A stretch of 63,597 bases of DNA, the filler included, from Caldilineae bacterium (GTDB lineage Bacteria > Chloroflexota > Anaerolineae > DTLA01): assembly GCA_037446815.1 (NCBI GenBank). It is 3 parts of 3 records of this genome, joined end to end, with 100 filler letters (N's around TTAATTAATTAA, not from the genome) between each part and the next. Parts side by side here need not be neighbours in the genome. Positions count along the whole stretch, not along the records: positions 47,780 to 63,597 come from JBBIHX010000058.1; 2 more parts are not named here. One strand, written 5' to 3'. Below are positions 54,305-63,597 of this stretch, one piece after another. Position 1 is the stretch's first letter; every line of letters begins with the position of its first letter. Under the pieces are notes generated by a model that was given only the letters and a program-made list of their open reading frames with translations, ran no database searches and was not told where the DNA came from. The position numbers and the translations under genes are program-made.

Positions 54305-55858
54305 ATGCCCATCCACGAGCGGAAAGACCAACTCTGGATCGCGCTCTGCATCGGCGCCCTGCTGGCACTGACCCTCGTCCCCTATGCCGTCGCGTGGCTC
54401 GCCGCCCCGAACAGGCTGGTGTTCACTGGCGTCCTGTACAACCCGTGGGACGGCCACTCGTACCTGGCGAAGATGCGGCAAGGCTGGGAGGGGCAATGGC
54501 TGTTCCATCTCCCCTTCACCGAGGAGGCCCACGACGGCGCGTTCATCTTCACGTTCTACCTCTTGCTCGGACACGCGGCGCGGGCGCTGGGGTTGTCGCT
54601 CCCGCTGACCTTCCACCTGGCGCGGCTCCTCGCGTCGGCGTTCATGTTCGGGATGTTGTGGCGCTTGCTGGGGCGGTTCTTTGACGGGACGGCGCGCCGC
54701 CGCGCCTTCTTGCTCGCGGCGCTGGGCGCGGGGTTTGGCTGGCTGTTCCCGATGGCGGAGCCGCTTTTGCCCGATTTGTGGATTCCCGAAGCGTTCGCGT
54801 TCTACAGCGCGCTCTCCAATCCGCACTTCCCCTTGGCCATCGGCCTGATGGCGGCGCTGGCGGACATGGCCCTAGGGGGCGGCGGGCGCGAATGGCCCGC
54901 GTGCGCCGCGGCGTGCGGCCTGGCGATCGCCATCGTGCAGCCGCTGGCCGCGCCGGTGATCCTCACCGTGCTGGTCGCCCATGCGCTGGCCCAGGCGGCG
55001 CGAGGTCTGGGTTGGCGGAGGCCGCTCGGCGTCGCCGTTGCGGCGGGGGTTGCGGGCGCGCCGGTGCTGGGGTACGACGTGTGGGTGTACCGCGCTAATT
55101 GGGCGCTGGCGGCGTGGTCGGCGCAAAACGTTACCGCGTCGCCCCCCGCGTGGCACTGGCTGGCGGGCTACGGCCTGATGGCGGCGCTGGCGGGCGCGGG
55201 CGTATGCGCGGCCTTGCGGCGGTCGCCGTCGCCGCTGGATTTCGCCGCCGTGTGGCTTGGCGTCGCCGCCGTGGGCATGTACGTCCCCTTCGCACTGCAG
55301 CGGCGATTCTCCATCGGGCTGGTGATTCCCGTGGCGATTCTGGCCGCCGCTGGATTCGGGGCGCTGGCCGATAGGGCAAGGCCGCGTCTCCGGGGCGCGG
55401 GGTTCGCCATCCTCCAGGGCGTGGTGAGCCTGTCATCCGCGTTTCTGTTGGTGCTGGGCGTAGTCGGCGCTCTGGGCGGGGAGCCGCGGGTGTTCGTCAG
55501 CGCCGATGAGGCGCGGGCGCTGGACGCGCTTCAGGAGGCAAGCGGCGGGCGCGGCGTCGTGGCCGCCTCGCCGTCGCTGAGCGCCATGATCCCCGGCCTG
55601 GCGGGCAACCCCGTGGTGTACGGCCACCCGTACGAGACCATCCGCGCCGACGCCAAGAAAGCCGCGCTGGAGCGATTCTTCGCACAGGCCGACGAAGGCG
55701 CTCGCCGCCGCTTCCTCGCCGAGCACCGCGTCGCGTTCGTCGTCTGGGGCCCGCGGGAACGGGCGATGGCGTCGGCCTTCGCGCCATCCGACCTAAACCT
55801 GCGCCTCATCGCGCGATGCGGGACGGTTGAGGTATGGGCTACCGAGGAGCGGCCATGA
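54305..55858 (+). CDS. multi-TM protein, GT-C-like
   Basis: DGHSYLAKMRQG, NPHF, C-terminal soluble domain with VVYGHPYET; ATG 54305 after GGAG. Confidence 0.7.
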   Translation: MPIHERKDQLWIALCIGALLALTLVPYAVAWLAAPNRLVFTGVLYNPWDGHSYLAKMRQGWEGQWLFHLPFTEEAHDGAFIFTFYLLLGHAARALGLSLPLTFHLARLLASAFMFGMLWRLLGRFFDGTARRRAFLLAALGAGFGWLFPMAEPLLPDLWIPEAFAFYSALSNPHFPLAIGLMAALADMALGGGGREWPACAAACGLAIAIVQPLAAPVILTVLVAHALAQAARGLGWRRPLGVAVAAGVAGAPVLGYDVWVYRANWALAAWSAQNVTASPPAWHWLAGYGLMAALAGAGVCAALRRSPSPLDFAAVWLGVAAVGMYVPFALQRRFSIGLVIPVAILAAAGFGALADRARPRLRGAGFAILQGVVSLSSAFLLVLGVVGALGGEPRVFVSADEARALDALQEASGGRGVVAASPSLSAMIPGLAGNPVVYGHPYETIRADAKKAALERFFAQADEGARRRFLAEHRVAFVVWGPRERAMASAFAPSDLNLRLIARCGTVEVWATEERP

Positions 55859-58101
55859 GCGCAGCGCGGCGTGAGTGGGTGGGACCGGCGCTTCTCCTCG
55901 GCGTCCTAACGCTCATCAGCCTGTGGCCATTGCCCCTGCGCGTGGATTGCCTCATCATGCCGTCGCGGGGAGCGTTCTCCGACCTGGCCATCAGCCACTG
56001 GCCCATGCAGTCGTTGTGGCGGGAATCGGTTCGGGAGTCGGGCGCGTGGCCCTTCTGGATGCCGACGTACTTCAGCGGGCAACCGCTGGCGGGCAACCCG
56101 CTGGCGGGATTTCACTACCCCCCGAACTGGCTCCATGCTGCACTGCCCACGGAGACGGCCTTCGCCGTGCTGGCGCTGCTGCACGTGTGGTTTGGCGCGC
56201 TGGGCATGTACGCGCTGATGAGGAAGGGCGCGGGACTGTCGGCGCCCGCGGCGATGCTGTCGGCGGTGGTGTTCGCCTTTGGGCCGAGGCTGGCCGCCCA
56301 TCTGGGCGCGGGGCATGTGAGCATCGTGTACGGGTGGGCGTGGCTGCCGTGGGCAGCGTGGGCAGCGTTGACGGCGCGCGCGTGGCGGGATGGCTGGCGG
56401 CTGGGCCTCCTGCTCGCGGCGGCCTTTCTCGCCGACGTGCGCATGGGATACTACGCTGCGGGGGCCGCGGCGGCCATCGGGCTGGCGCGCGGGATCGCGA
56501 GCCTGTCGCGGCGGCCATCGCGCTCGTGGCGGCGGTGGGGCGCGACGGTCATCGCCGTGGCGCTGGCATTCGCGGGCGGCGCGGCATTCCTGGCCCTGCC
56601 TCTGCTGGAACTGCTGGGCCAGGCCACACGCGCGGGGCTGTCGCCGCACGAAGCGATGGCCCTATCGCTCCCGCCCGCTGCCCTGCTCGGCGCGGTGTTG
56701 CCGCTGGAGCCTGCCACCCACGAGTGGGTTACGTATCTGGGGCTTCCCGTCATCGCGGCGGCCGTCGCGGCATTCTGGGGCGCGCGCCGCAAGGCGGCCT
56801 GGGCGCTGTGGGTCGGCGCTATCGTCTCGGCGGCGCTGGCCCTGGGCGCGCATACGCCGCTGTACGGCGTGGCGCTCCGCGTGCTCCCTGGGCTGGACCT
56901 GTTGCGGGTGCCGGCGCGGTTCTGGATCCTGGCGCTGGGGTGCGTCGCGGCGCTGGCGGGCATGGGGGTGGACGCGCTGGCCGTCATGGGGCGCGACTCC
57001 AAGACAAGGCAGCGGGCGACCGTGGCGCTGGCCGCGATGCTCGTGGTGATGGGCGGTCTGGGCGGATTCATGGCCCTGGCCCACCTCGGCAGCGGGGCCG
57101 CCTACCTCCGCCTCGGCATCGCCGCCATGGGCATGGCGCTTCTGGCGTTGGCGATGCGGGGGATGACCGCGCGTGTTGCGGTCGTCCTCCTGCTGTGCGC
57201 CGTGTTTGCCGACGCCGCCATCGCATCGCGGGTCTGGTGGCGATTGGCGACGGTGGAGGAGGTGATCGCGCCCGGGCGAGAGGTCGCGGCCTATCTCGCC
57301 AACCTGCCCGACCGCGGGCGCGTGTACTCGCCCAGTTACAGCGTTCCGCAGCAGGCCGCCTGGTTCTACGGGCTGGAGACCGCCGACGGGGTGGATCCGA
57401 CGCAACTGCGGCTGTACCGGCAGTTCATGGCGGTTGCCGGGGGTTATGAGGATGCGCAGTACACCGTTACCATCCCGCCGTTCCCACCCGATGAGCCGCC
57501 GCAATCGGCATGGCGCAGCACAACGCCCAACGCCCGCCTGCTCGGGCTGCTGAACGTAACGCATCTGGTCGCGGCCTTTCCGGTGCAGGCGGGCGACTGG
57601 GAACCGATGGGGCAGACGGCGGGCGTGTACGTGTATCGCAACGCGCGGGCAATGCCCAGGGCGTGGCTGGCCCATGAGGTGCAGGTAGTGAGCGACGACG
57701 GGGCGTTGCGGAGACTTGCCGACGCAGACCTGGAGCGCCAGGCGTTGATTCCGCCCGAGCACGCGGCGCACGCGGTGGCCGCAGGCGGGGACAGCGTCGC
57801 GGACGCGGTGCGGACTGCGGCACGGTCGGCGAACACGCTGGAACTGGAGGTGCAGGCTTCGGCGCCTGGGCTGCTTGTGATAAGCGAGGTCTGGCATCCC
57901 GGGTGGCGGGGCTGGGTTGACGGCGAGCCGGCGCCGGTGATACGGGCCGATTTCCTGCTCCGCGCCGTCCCCATCGCCGAATCGGGGCGGCACACGGTTC
58001 GCCTGGCGTATGCGCCGAGGTGGTTCTACGCGGGCGCGGCAATCTCCGCCGCCACGGTTCTGGCATACGGCATCCTGCTGGCCGTCGGGAGGAAGCGGTG
58101 A
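55855..58101 (+). CDS. YfhO family GT-C membrane protein
   Basis: PFWMPTYFSGQPLAGNP..YPPN, RVPARF, MPRAW, SEVWHPGW..VDG. Confidence 0.88.
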   Translation: MSAARREWVGPALLLGVLTLISLWPLPLRVDCLIMPSRGAFSDLAISHWPMQSLWRESVRESGAWPFWMPTYFSGQPLAGNPLAGFHYPPNWLHAALPTETAFAVLALLHVWFGALGMYALMRKGAGLSAPAAMLSAVVFAFGPRLAAHLGAGHVSIVYGWAWLPWAAWAALTARAWRDGWRLGLLLAAAFLADVRMGYYAAGAAAAIGLARGIASLSRRPSRSWRRWGATVIAVALAFAGGAAFLALPLLELLGQATRAGLSPHEAMALSLPPAALLGAVLPLEPATHEWVTYLGLPVIAAAVAAFWGARRKAAWALWVGAIVSAALALGAHTPLYGVALRVLPGLDLLRVPARFWILALGCVAALAGMGVDALAVMGRDSKTRQRATVALAAMLVVMGGLGGFMALAHLGSGAAYLRLGIAAMGMALLALAMRGMTARVAVVLLLCAVFADAAIASRVWWRLATVEEVIAPGREVAAYLANLPDRGRVYSPSYSVPQQAAWFYGLETADGVDPTQLRLYRQFMAVAGGYEDAQYTVTIPPFPPDEPPQSAWRSTTPNARLLGLLNVTHLVAAFPVQAGDWEPMGQTAGVYVYRNARAMPRAWLAHEVQVVSDDGALRRLADADLERQALIPPEHAAHAVAAGGDSVADAVRTAARSANTLELEVQASAPGLLVISEVWHPGWRGWVDGEPAPVIRADFLLRAVPIAESGRHTVRLAYAPRWFYAGAAISAATVLAYGILLAVGRKR

Positions 58102-60470
58102 GGCGAGTCGCTTGGCACAACGTGGCAAGTGCGGGGATTCTGACCCTGGGCGCGGCGCTGGTGTCCTGGGACGTGTTGTTCCGGGGCCGCGTGCTCTATT
58201 GGGGCACGGCGTCGCTCCAGTTCCTGCCGTGGCACCGCCTCGTCGCCGACGCCATCCGCAGCGGGCACGCGCCGCTGTGGACGCACGCCCTGGGCAACGG
58301 CGCGCCGCTCCTGGCGAACTTGCAATCGGCTGCGTTGTACCCACCGAACCTGTTGTACCTTGCCCTGCCGCCCGCCCAGGCGATAGGTCTGCTGTTCGCG
58401 ATGCACCTGGTGTTGGCGGGCGCGTTCGCGTACCTCCTGGCGCGCGCCTGGGGGATGCGGCCCGCGTCGGCGCTCGTGGCCGCGCTGGCCTACGGGCTGG
58501 CGGGGTTTGTGGTCTCGAGGTCGCAGTTCGGCAGCATGACGAGCGCGTACCCGTGGCTCCCGGCCAGCGTCCTGATGGCCGAGCGGCTGCTCCGCGCGCC
58601 ATCGCTCCGGCGGGCCATCGGGCTGGGATTGGTGTTGGCGCTGTTCCTGTGCGCCGGTCACGCGCAGATGTTCTACTACGCGCTCCTGTTCCTCGGCGCG
58701 TATGCGCTGTGGCAGGGGTGGGCGGGGGCCTGGCGCGCGCGGCGGGCACGGGGAAGCGCGCTCGCGGCGGGCTGGCTGGCGCTGGCAGTCGCGCTATCGC
58801 TCCTCTTCGCCGCGGCTCAGGCGCTGCCCACCGCCGAACTGCTGCTCCAATCGCAGCGGCCGGGGGGCCCCAACTACGACTTTGCCATGACCTACTCGTT
58901 CTGGCCGTGGCACTTCCTGACGTTCCTCGCGCCCGACCTGTTCGGCAACCCCGCCCAGGGCAACTACTGGGGCTACGCCAACTACTGGGAGGATTGTGGC
59001 TTCATCGGCGTGTTGCCGCTTCTGCTCGCGCTGGCGGCGTGCGTCGGCGCGGTGCGACGCGTCGTCGGCAGGGCCAAGACGGCGGCGCGCGAGGGGAATC
59101 CGTCGCGGCCCGACGCCACCGGCTTCCTCGCGGTCGCGGCCCTTCTGTCGCTCATCTTGGCACTCGGACGGCATAGCCCGCTTTACCTGCTGGCCTACCG
59201 GTGGTTTCCCGGCATCGCCTGGTTCCAAGCGCCTGCCCGGTTCCTGTTCCTGTACACCTTCGCCGCGGCGATGCTGGCCGGGTTCGGGGCCGAGCGCCTT
59301 GCGCCATCGCGCGCATGGGTCTTCTGGGGGCGGCTAACGCTGGTGGGCGGGCTGGCGGCCGCGGCCATGCTCCTCGCGCTCCAAGCCGTGCCTCCGTTTA
59401 GCGAGAGCACCTTCCCCGCGGCGCTGTTGCGATTGGCCGCAACCGGCGCGGCCATCGGCGCGTGGGGGGCCGCCTGCCCCATGAGGGGCGACGCGCGACG
59501 GGTGGCCGCGTGGCGGTGGGCGGCGGTGTCCATCGCGCTGGTGGACTTGGCAACCTTCGGGCGGCCCCTTGTCCCAACCGCGCCACAGGCTGCCTTCGCG
59601 GGCGACGCCACCATCCCGACCCTCCTGCGCCAGGCGTCCGGCACGTCGCGGATTCTCACGACCGAGGCCTACGAGTACAACACCATGTTCTCCGGCTACA
59701 CGCGGTTTGCCGACTTCGGGCCGCAGGACGAGGCGATCGTCAGGGGCCTGCGGGCAAGCCTGCTGCCCAACCTGTGCGCCCTTGAGGGCATTGAGACCGC
59801 CGCGAATTACGACCCGCTGCTCCTCGCGCGCTACTCGGAGTTGCGAACCCGCGCCGAGTCGGCGACCGGCGACGCGCAGAAGCGCCTGCTTGGCCTGATG
59901 AGCGTGCGGTACCTGGTGGCGCGCGCGGCACCCGAGGGATGGCGTATCGTGCGCGATGCGCCTGGGATGGCGATTGCCGAGAACGACGCGGTGTTCCCGC
60001 GCGTGCGCGTGGCATCCTGCGCTCGGCGCGTGCCGTCGCCCGCCGACTGGGAGCGCATTCTGCGCGAGGGCGATTTCCGCGCCGACTGCGTCTGGCTGGA
60101 GACCCCGCCCGCGCTCGCGTCCGGGGGCGCGACATCGGGAAAGGTGCTCTCATGGGCCGCATCGGTCAACGCGCTGTCGGTTCGGGCGCGGACGGACGGG
60201 CCGGCGTACCTGGTGTTGAGCGAGACGTACCATGCGGGTTGGCGCGCGTGGGACAACGGCGCGCCGGTGCCGGTGCTGCGGGCCGACTACGCATTCATGG
60301 CCGTGCCGATGGCGGAGGGCGGCGAACACCTCGTTGAAATGCGATTCGCGCCGACCTCGTGGACGGTCGGGTGCGGCGTGTCGGCGCTTGCGCTTGTCGC
60401 GGCGGGGGCACTCCTCGTCGCGCGCGGGCGGCGCAAGGCGCGCGGGATGCAAGGAGGGACACAGCGATGA
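58098..60470 (+). CDS. YfhO family GT-C membrane protein
   Basis: PLW..GNGAPLLANLQSAALYPPN, AGHAQ, QAPARF, SETYHAGW; GTGA overlap with the previous gene. Confidence 0.88.
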   Translation: MRRVAWHNVASAGILTLGAALVSWDVLFRGRVLYWGTASLQFLPWHRLVADAIRSGHAPLWTHALGNGAPLLANLQSAALYPPNLLYLALPPAQAIGLLFAMHLVLAGAFAYLLARAWGMRPASALVAALAYGLAGFVVSRSQFGSMTSAYPWLPASVLMAERLLRAPSLRRAIGLGLVLALFLCAGHAQMFYYALLFLGAYALWQGWAGAWRARRARGSALAAGWLALAVALSLLFAAAQALPTAELLLQSQRPGGPNYDFAMTYSFWPWHFLTFLAPDLFGNPAQGNYWGYANYWEDCGFIGVLPLLLALAACVGAVRRVVGRAKTAAREGNPSRPDATGFLAVAALLSLILALGRHSPLYLLAYRWFPGIAWFQAPARFLFLYTFAAAMLAGFGAERLAPSRAWVFWGRLTLVGGLAAAAMLLALQAVPPFSESTFPAALLRLAATGAAIGAWGAACPMRGDARRVAAWRWAAVSIALVDLATFGRPLVPTAPQAAFAGDATIPTLLRQASGTSRILTTEAYEYNTMFSGYTRFADFGPQDEAIVRGLRASLLPNLCALEGIETAANYDPLLLARYSELRTRAESATGDAQKRLLGLMSVRYLVARAAPEGWRIVRDAPGMAIAENDAVFPRVRVASCARRVPSPADWERILREGDFRADCVWLETPPALASGGATSGKVLSWAASVNALSVRARTDGPAYLVLSETYHAGWRAWDNGAPVPVLRADYAFMAVPMAEGGEHLVEMRFAPTSWTVGCGVSALALVAAGALLVARGRRKARGMQGGTQR

Positions 60471-62068
60471 GCGCACGTGCTGTGCGGGGCAAGCGGTGGG
60501 GCCACGTGGCGCTGGGCGTCGCCGGTATCGTCCTGGCGCTGCTGATTCACGCGCCCAAGCGCGCCCCGGGCTACATGGATGCCTACTACCACCTGACGAT
60601 TGCCGAGCGCATCGCGGGCGGGCAAGGCTTCACCGAACCGTTCGTGTGGAATTACCTGGACGCGCCGGATGACATCCCGCACCCAAGCCACCTGTACTGG
60701 GCGCCGTTGCCGAGCATCCTGGCGGCGGGCGCCATCCGTCTCTTGGGCAAGTCGTACCATGCAGTGAGCCTGCCCTTCATCCTGTGCACGGCTGCGCTGC
60801 CATTGCTGACCTTCGGCTTGGCGCGGCGGCTGGGCGCGACCGTGCGCGAGGCTGTGGCGTCGGGCCTGCTGGTGCCGCTGGCCGGGTTCTACGCCGCGTA
60901 CTGGACCTCGCCCGACAGTTTCGCGCCGTTCGCCGTGGCCGGATGCGCCGCGCTTGGGTTGATGGCGCGGGCGCACGAGAGCCGATGGCGCGCGCTGGCG
61001 GCAGGGGTGTGCGCCGGCCTGGGGCACCTGGCGCGGCCCGACGGCATCCTGCTCATCGCGACGGGGTTGCTGTGGGTGGCGTGGGTATGGGCGAAGGGAC
61101 GCGCGCCTCGCGCCCGCGCGCTCTGGGCCGCGCTGGCGATGCTGGCGGGGTACGCCGTCGTCATGGGGCCCTGGTATGCGCGCAACTGGGCGGTTGCCGG
61201 TTCGCCCCTGGCGGGGGGCGGGTTGAGCAGCCTGTTCCTGCGCGAGTACAACGAACTGTACGCCGCGCGCCACATCCCCACGCTCACAGACTACCTCGCA
61301 TGGGGCGCGGGCAATATCGTTGCATCCAAGGCGGGCGCGCTGGTGTCCAATCTCATCACGCTGGTGGGGGCGCTTCTCGTCGTGCTCGCCGTGCCGGCGG
61401 CCTGGGGGCTTTGGGCGGCGCGGCGGGACGGATGGCTGTGGCCTCCGCTGACGTTCGGGGTGCTGCTGTACCTGGCGATGAGCCTTGCCTTCACGTTTCC
61501 GGGCATCCGCGGCAGTTTCTTCCACTCGGCAGGGGCGCTGCTGCCGTTCCTGTTCGCGGCGGTGTTCCCGGGGCTGCGCGCGGGCGTCGCCTGGGCCAGC
61601 GCGCGCCGCTCATCCTGGAACGCGACGCAGGCCTACCGCGTCTTTGCTGTGGCGCTGGTGGTCATGGCATTGCCGGTCAGCGGGGCGCTGTACGCGCGAG
61701 CCATGGGGAGCAGAGGCGTCGCCATCGGGCCGTGGAACGCGCGGTACGGGGTATACCCCACCGTGGCCCGCTGGCTGGATGAGCACGCCGCGCCCGCCGA
61801 CCGGGTGCTGGTGAACGACCCGCCCGCGTTCTACTACTATAGCGGGCGAGAATGCGCTGCCATTCCATCCGACGGCATGGATGGTCTGCGCTTTGTGCAG
61901 GCCAGGTATCGCGTCCGCTGGCTTGTGCTAGAGTATAATCATCCGCGATTCTTGGATGAGGTGTACGACGCGGACAACGCACCGCCGGACTGGATCCCTC
62001 GGCAGGTATTCTACGACACCACAGGGCAGAAGGTAGTACTCTATGAGATGGGTGAAGGGGCGCGATAG
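60467..62068 (+). CDS. GT-C/GT39-like membrane glycosyltransferase
   Basis: PGYMDAYY, YWAPLPS, HLARPDG, PWYARN, NDPP; ATGA overlap. Confidence 0.8.
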   Translation: MSARAVRGKRWGHVALGVAGIVLALLIHAPKRAPGYMDAYYHLTIAERIAGGQGFTEPFVWNYLDAPDDIPHPSHLYWAPLPSILAAGAIRLLGKSYHAVSLPFILCTAALPLLTFGLARRLGATVREAVASGLLVPLAGFYAAYWTSPDSFAPFAVAGCAALGLMARAHESRWRALAAGVCAGLGHLARPDGILLIATGLLWVAWVWAKGRAPRARALWAALAMLAGYAVVMGPWYARNWAVAGSPLAGGGLSSLFLREYNELYAARHIPTLTDYLAWGAGNIVASKAGALVSNLITLVGALLVVLAVPAAWGLWAARRDGWLWPPLTFGVLLYLAMSLAFTFPGIRGSFFHSAGALLPFLFAAVFPGLRAGVAWASARRSSWNATQAYRVFAVALVVMALPVSGALYARAMGSRGVAIGPWNARYGVYPTVARWLDEHAAPADRVLVNDPPAFYYYSGRECAAIPSDGMDGLRFVQARYRVRWLVLEYNHPRFLDEVYDADNAPPDWIPRQVFYDTTGQKVVLYEMGEGAR

Positions 62069-63548
62069 CGGCATCCTCGCCGCGGCGGCAGTCGGCGCCA
62101 TCGGGGCGCTGGCCTATGTCGTCTATGCGGCGGCGCAGGGATACGCGGGCTTCCCGCTGGACGACGGGTGGATTCACCAGACCTACGCGCGCAACCTGGT
62201 GGAGACGGGCGCGTGGGCCTACGTCCCGGGCGAAGTCAGCGCGGGGTCCACGTCGCCGCTGTGGACGCTGATTCTGGCGCTGGGGTATGCGCTCGGAGCG
62301 CCCTTCCGGGCGTGGACGGCGGCTGTCGGGGCGTTGTCGGTGGCGGCTGTGGCGGTGGTTGCCGGCCGGGTTGCGCGGCGCCTGTTCCCCGATGCGCCTG
62401 CCGCCGTCGTTGCGGCGCTGGCATGCGCGCTGGAATGGCACATGCTGTGGGCGGGAGCGTCGGGCATGGAGACGGCGCTGTTCGCGGCGCTGGCGTTAGC
62501 CGTTCTGGGCGGCGCGATGGCCTTGTCGCGGGATGATCGCCCGCGGGCGTGGCTGGGCTGGGGGCTGCTGGGCGGCGCGGCCTTCCTGACGCGGCCCGAA
62601 GGGCTGCTACCGCTTGGGCTGAGCGGGGTGTGCCTGTTGGCCGTTCGGCGCGGCGACTGGACGCACGGCAGGCGCGGCGCGGCCCTGAAACGCTACGGAC
62701 TGGCGGCGGGCGGCTTCCTCCTGCTCGCCGTCCCCTATCTTCTCTTCAACTGGAAGGCGTCGGGCGCGCTCTTTCCCAATACGTTCTACGCCAAACAGGC
62801 CGAGTATCGCGAGGTCGTGGCGGGGGTGCCGTGGCTGGTGCGACTGGCGCGGGTGGCGGGCGTGCAGTTGGTGGGAGGCGCGGCGCTGCTGGTTCCGGGC
62901 ATGCTCGCGGCGTGGCGGGACATCGGCAGGCGGCGCGATTGGGTGGGGTTCCTCCCCCTCGCCTGGTGGGCGGCCACCGTCGTGCTGTACGCGACGCGCC
63001 TGCCGGTAACGTACCAGCACGGGCGCTACGAGATGCCGGTGATTCCCGCGCTGCTGCTGTACGGCGCGCCTGGGACGGCCCTGCTCGTGAAGGCGGCGCG
63101 GGGCGCGGCGGGACGCATCCTGTCGCGCGCGCTGGCGCTGGCGGCTTGCGCGGTGTTCGCGGCGTTTGTGCTCGTGGGCGCGCGGGCGTACCTGTCCGAC
63201 GTTCGCATCATTGACACCGAGATGGTGGATGTGGCGCAGTGGCTGGATCGCAACACGCCCCGCGATGCCGTCATCGCGGTGCACGACATCGGAGCGGTGG
63301 GGTACTTCACGCGGCGGCGGCTGCTGGACTTGGCCGGACTCGTCAGCCCGGAGGTCGTGCCGTTCATCCGCGACGAGGGGCGCCTGTACGACTATATCAT
63401 GTCGCGCGGCGCGTCGTATCTGGTAACCTTCCCCTCGTGGTACCCGCAGATGACGGCGCGGCCCGACGTGGTGCTCATCTATCAGACGCGCTCGCCGTGG
63501 ACGGTTCAGGCGGGCGGCGACAACATGGCCGTCTATCGCCTCCGATGA
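62043..63548 (+). CDS. GT-C membrane glycosyltransferase (DD type)
   Basis: PLDDGWIHQTYARNL, GSTSPLW, SGMET, TRPEG, PNTFYAK, DIGAVGY, DLAGL. Confidence 0.82.
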   Translation: MRWVKGRDSGILAAAAVGAIGALAYVVYAAAQGYAGFPLDDGWIHQTYARNLVETGAWAYVPGEVSAGSTSPLWTLILALGYALGAPFRAWTAAVGALSVAAVAVVAGRVARRLFPDAPAAVVAALACALEWHMLWAGASGMETALFAALALAVLGGAMALSRDDRPRAWLGWGLLGGAAFLTRPEGLLPLGLSGVCLLAVRRGDWTHGRRGAALKRYGLAAGGFLLLAVPYLLFNWKASGALFPNTFYAKQAEYREVVAGVPWLVRLARVAGVQLVGGAALLVPGMLAAWRDIGRRRDWVGFLPLAWWAATVVLYATRLPVTYQHGRYEMPVIPALLLYGAPGTALLVKAARGAAGRILSRALALAACAVFAAFVLVGARAYLSDVRIIDTEMVDVAQWLDRNTPRDAVIAVHDIGAVGYFTRRRLLDLAGLVSPEVVPFIRDEGRLYDYIMSRGASYLVTFPSWYPQMTARPDVVLIYQTRSPWTVQAGGDNMAVYRLR

Positions 63549-63553
63549 GCCTG

Positions 63554-63597
63554 GATTCGGTTCCAAAGTCTGTTGGTATTTGTCATTGCGAGGGCGC
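63554..63597. mobile_element. left end of another MITE copy
   Basis: GATTCGGTTCCAAAGTCTGTTGGTATTTGTCATTGCGAGGGCGC. Confidence 0.8.

Overview
High-GC bacterial sequence, most likely Chloroflexota (Anaerolineae-like), judging by the Chlor_Arch_YYY/DUF2298 and TIGR03663 membrane proteins and a C-terminal LHLPLIMR motif. It is not necessarily one contiguous locus. Two 100-nt gaps contain an artificial TTAATTAATTAA spacer (23805-23904, 47680-47779), and there is one plain 100-N gap (2243-2342). Content: housekeeping genes (rarA, uvsE, trpS, fdhD, PBP1A, yvcK, pgk, tlyA), a GlcD/GlcF-like oxidoreductase pair, about a dozen GT-C-type membrane glycosyltransferase-like genes in two clusters, and intergenic spaces filled with a MITE family (8-bp target duplications) carrying REP-like hairpins. 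Main candidate for a new system (1104-4491): a consensus sigma54 promoter, a 216-aa protein, an unannotated 26-aa signal-peptide-like ORF (MKWRVLYALMIVASIVAAAGATAKWH) enclosed by a long-range RNA helix, a membrane-bound HD-GYP phosphodiesterase, and a DUF5317 protein with signal-peptidase-II-like motifs. This reads as a putative peptide-pheromone to c-di-GMP signalling cassette. Second highlight: a UGA-recoded Uxx* glutaredoxin-like selenoprotein with a SECIS-like hairpin (14668-14895). All family assignments come from motif recognition by eye, not from database searches.
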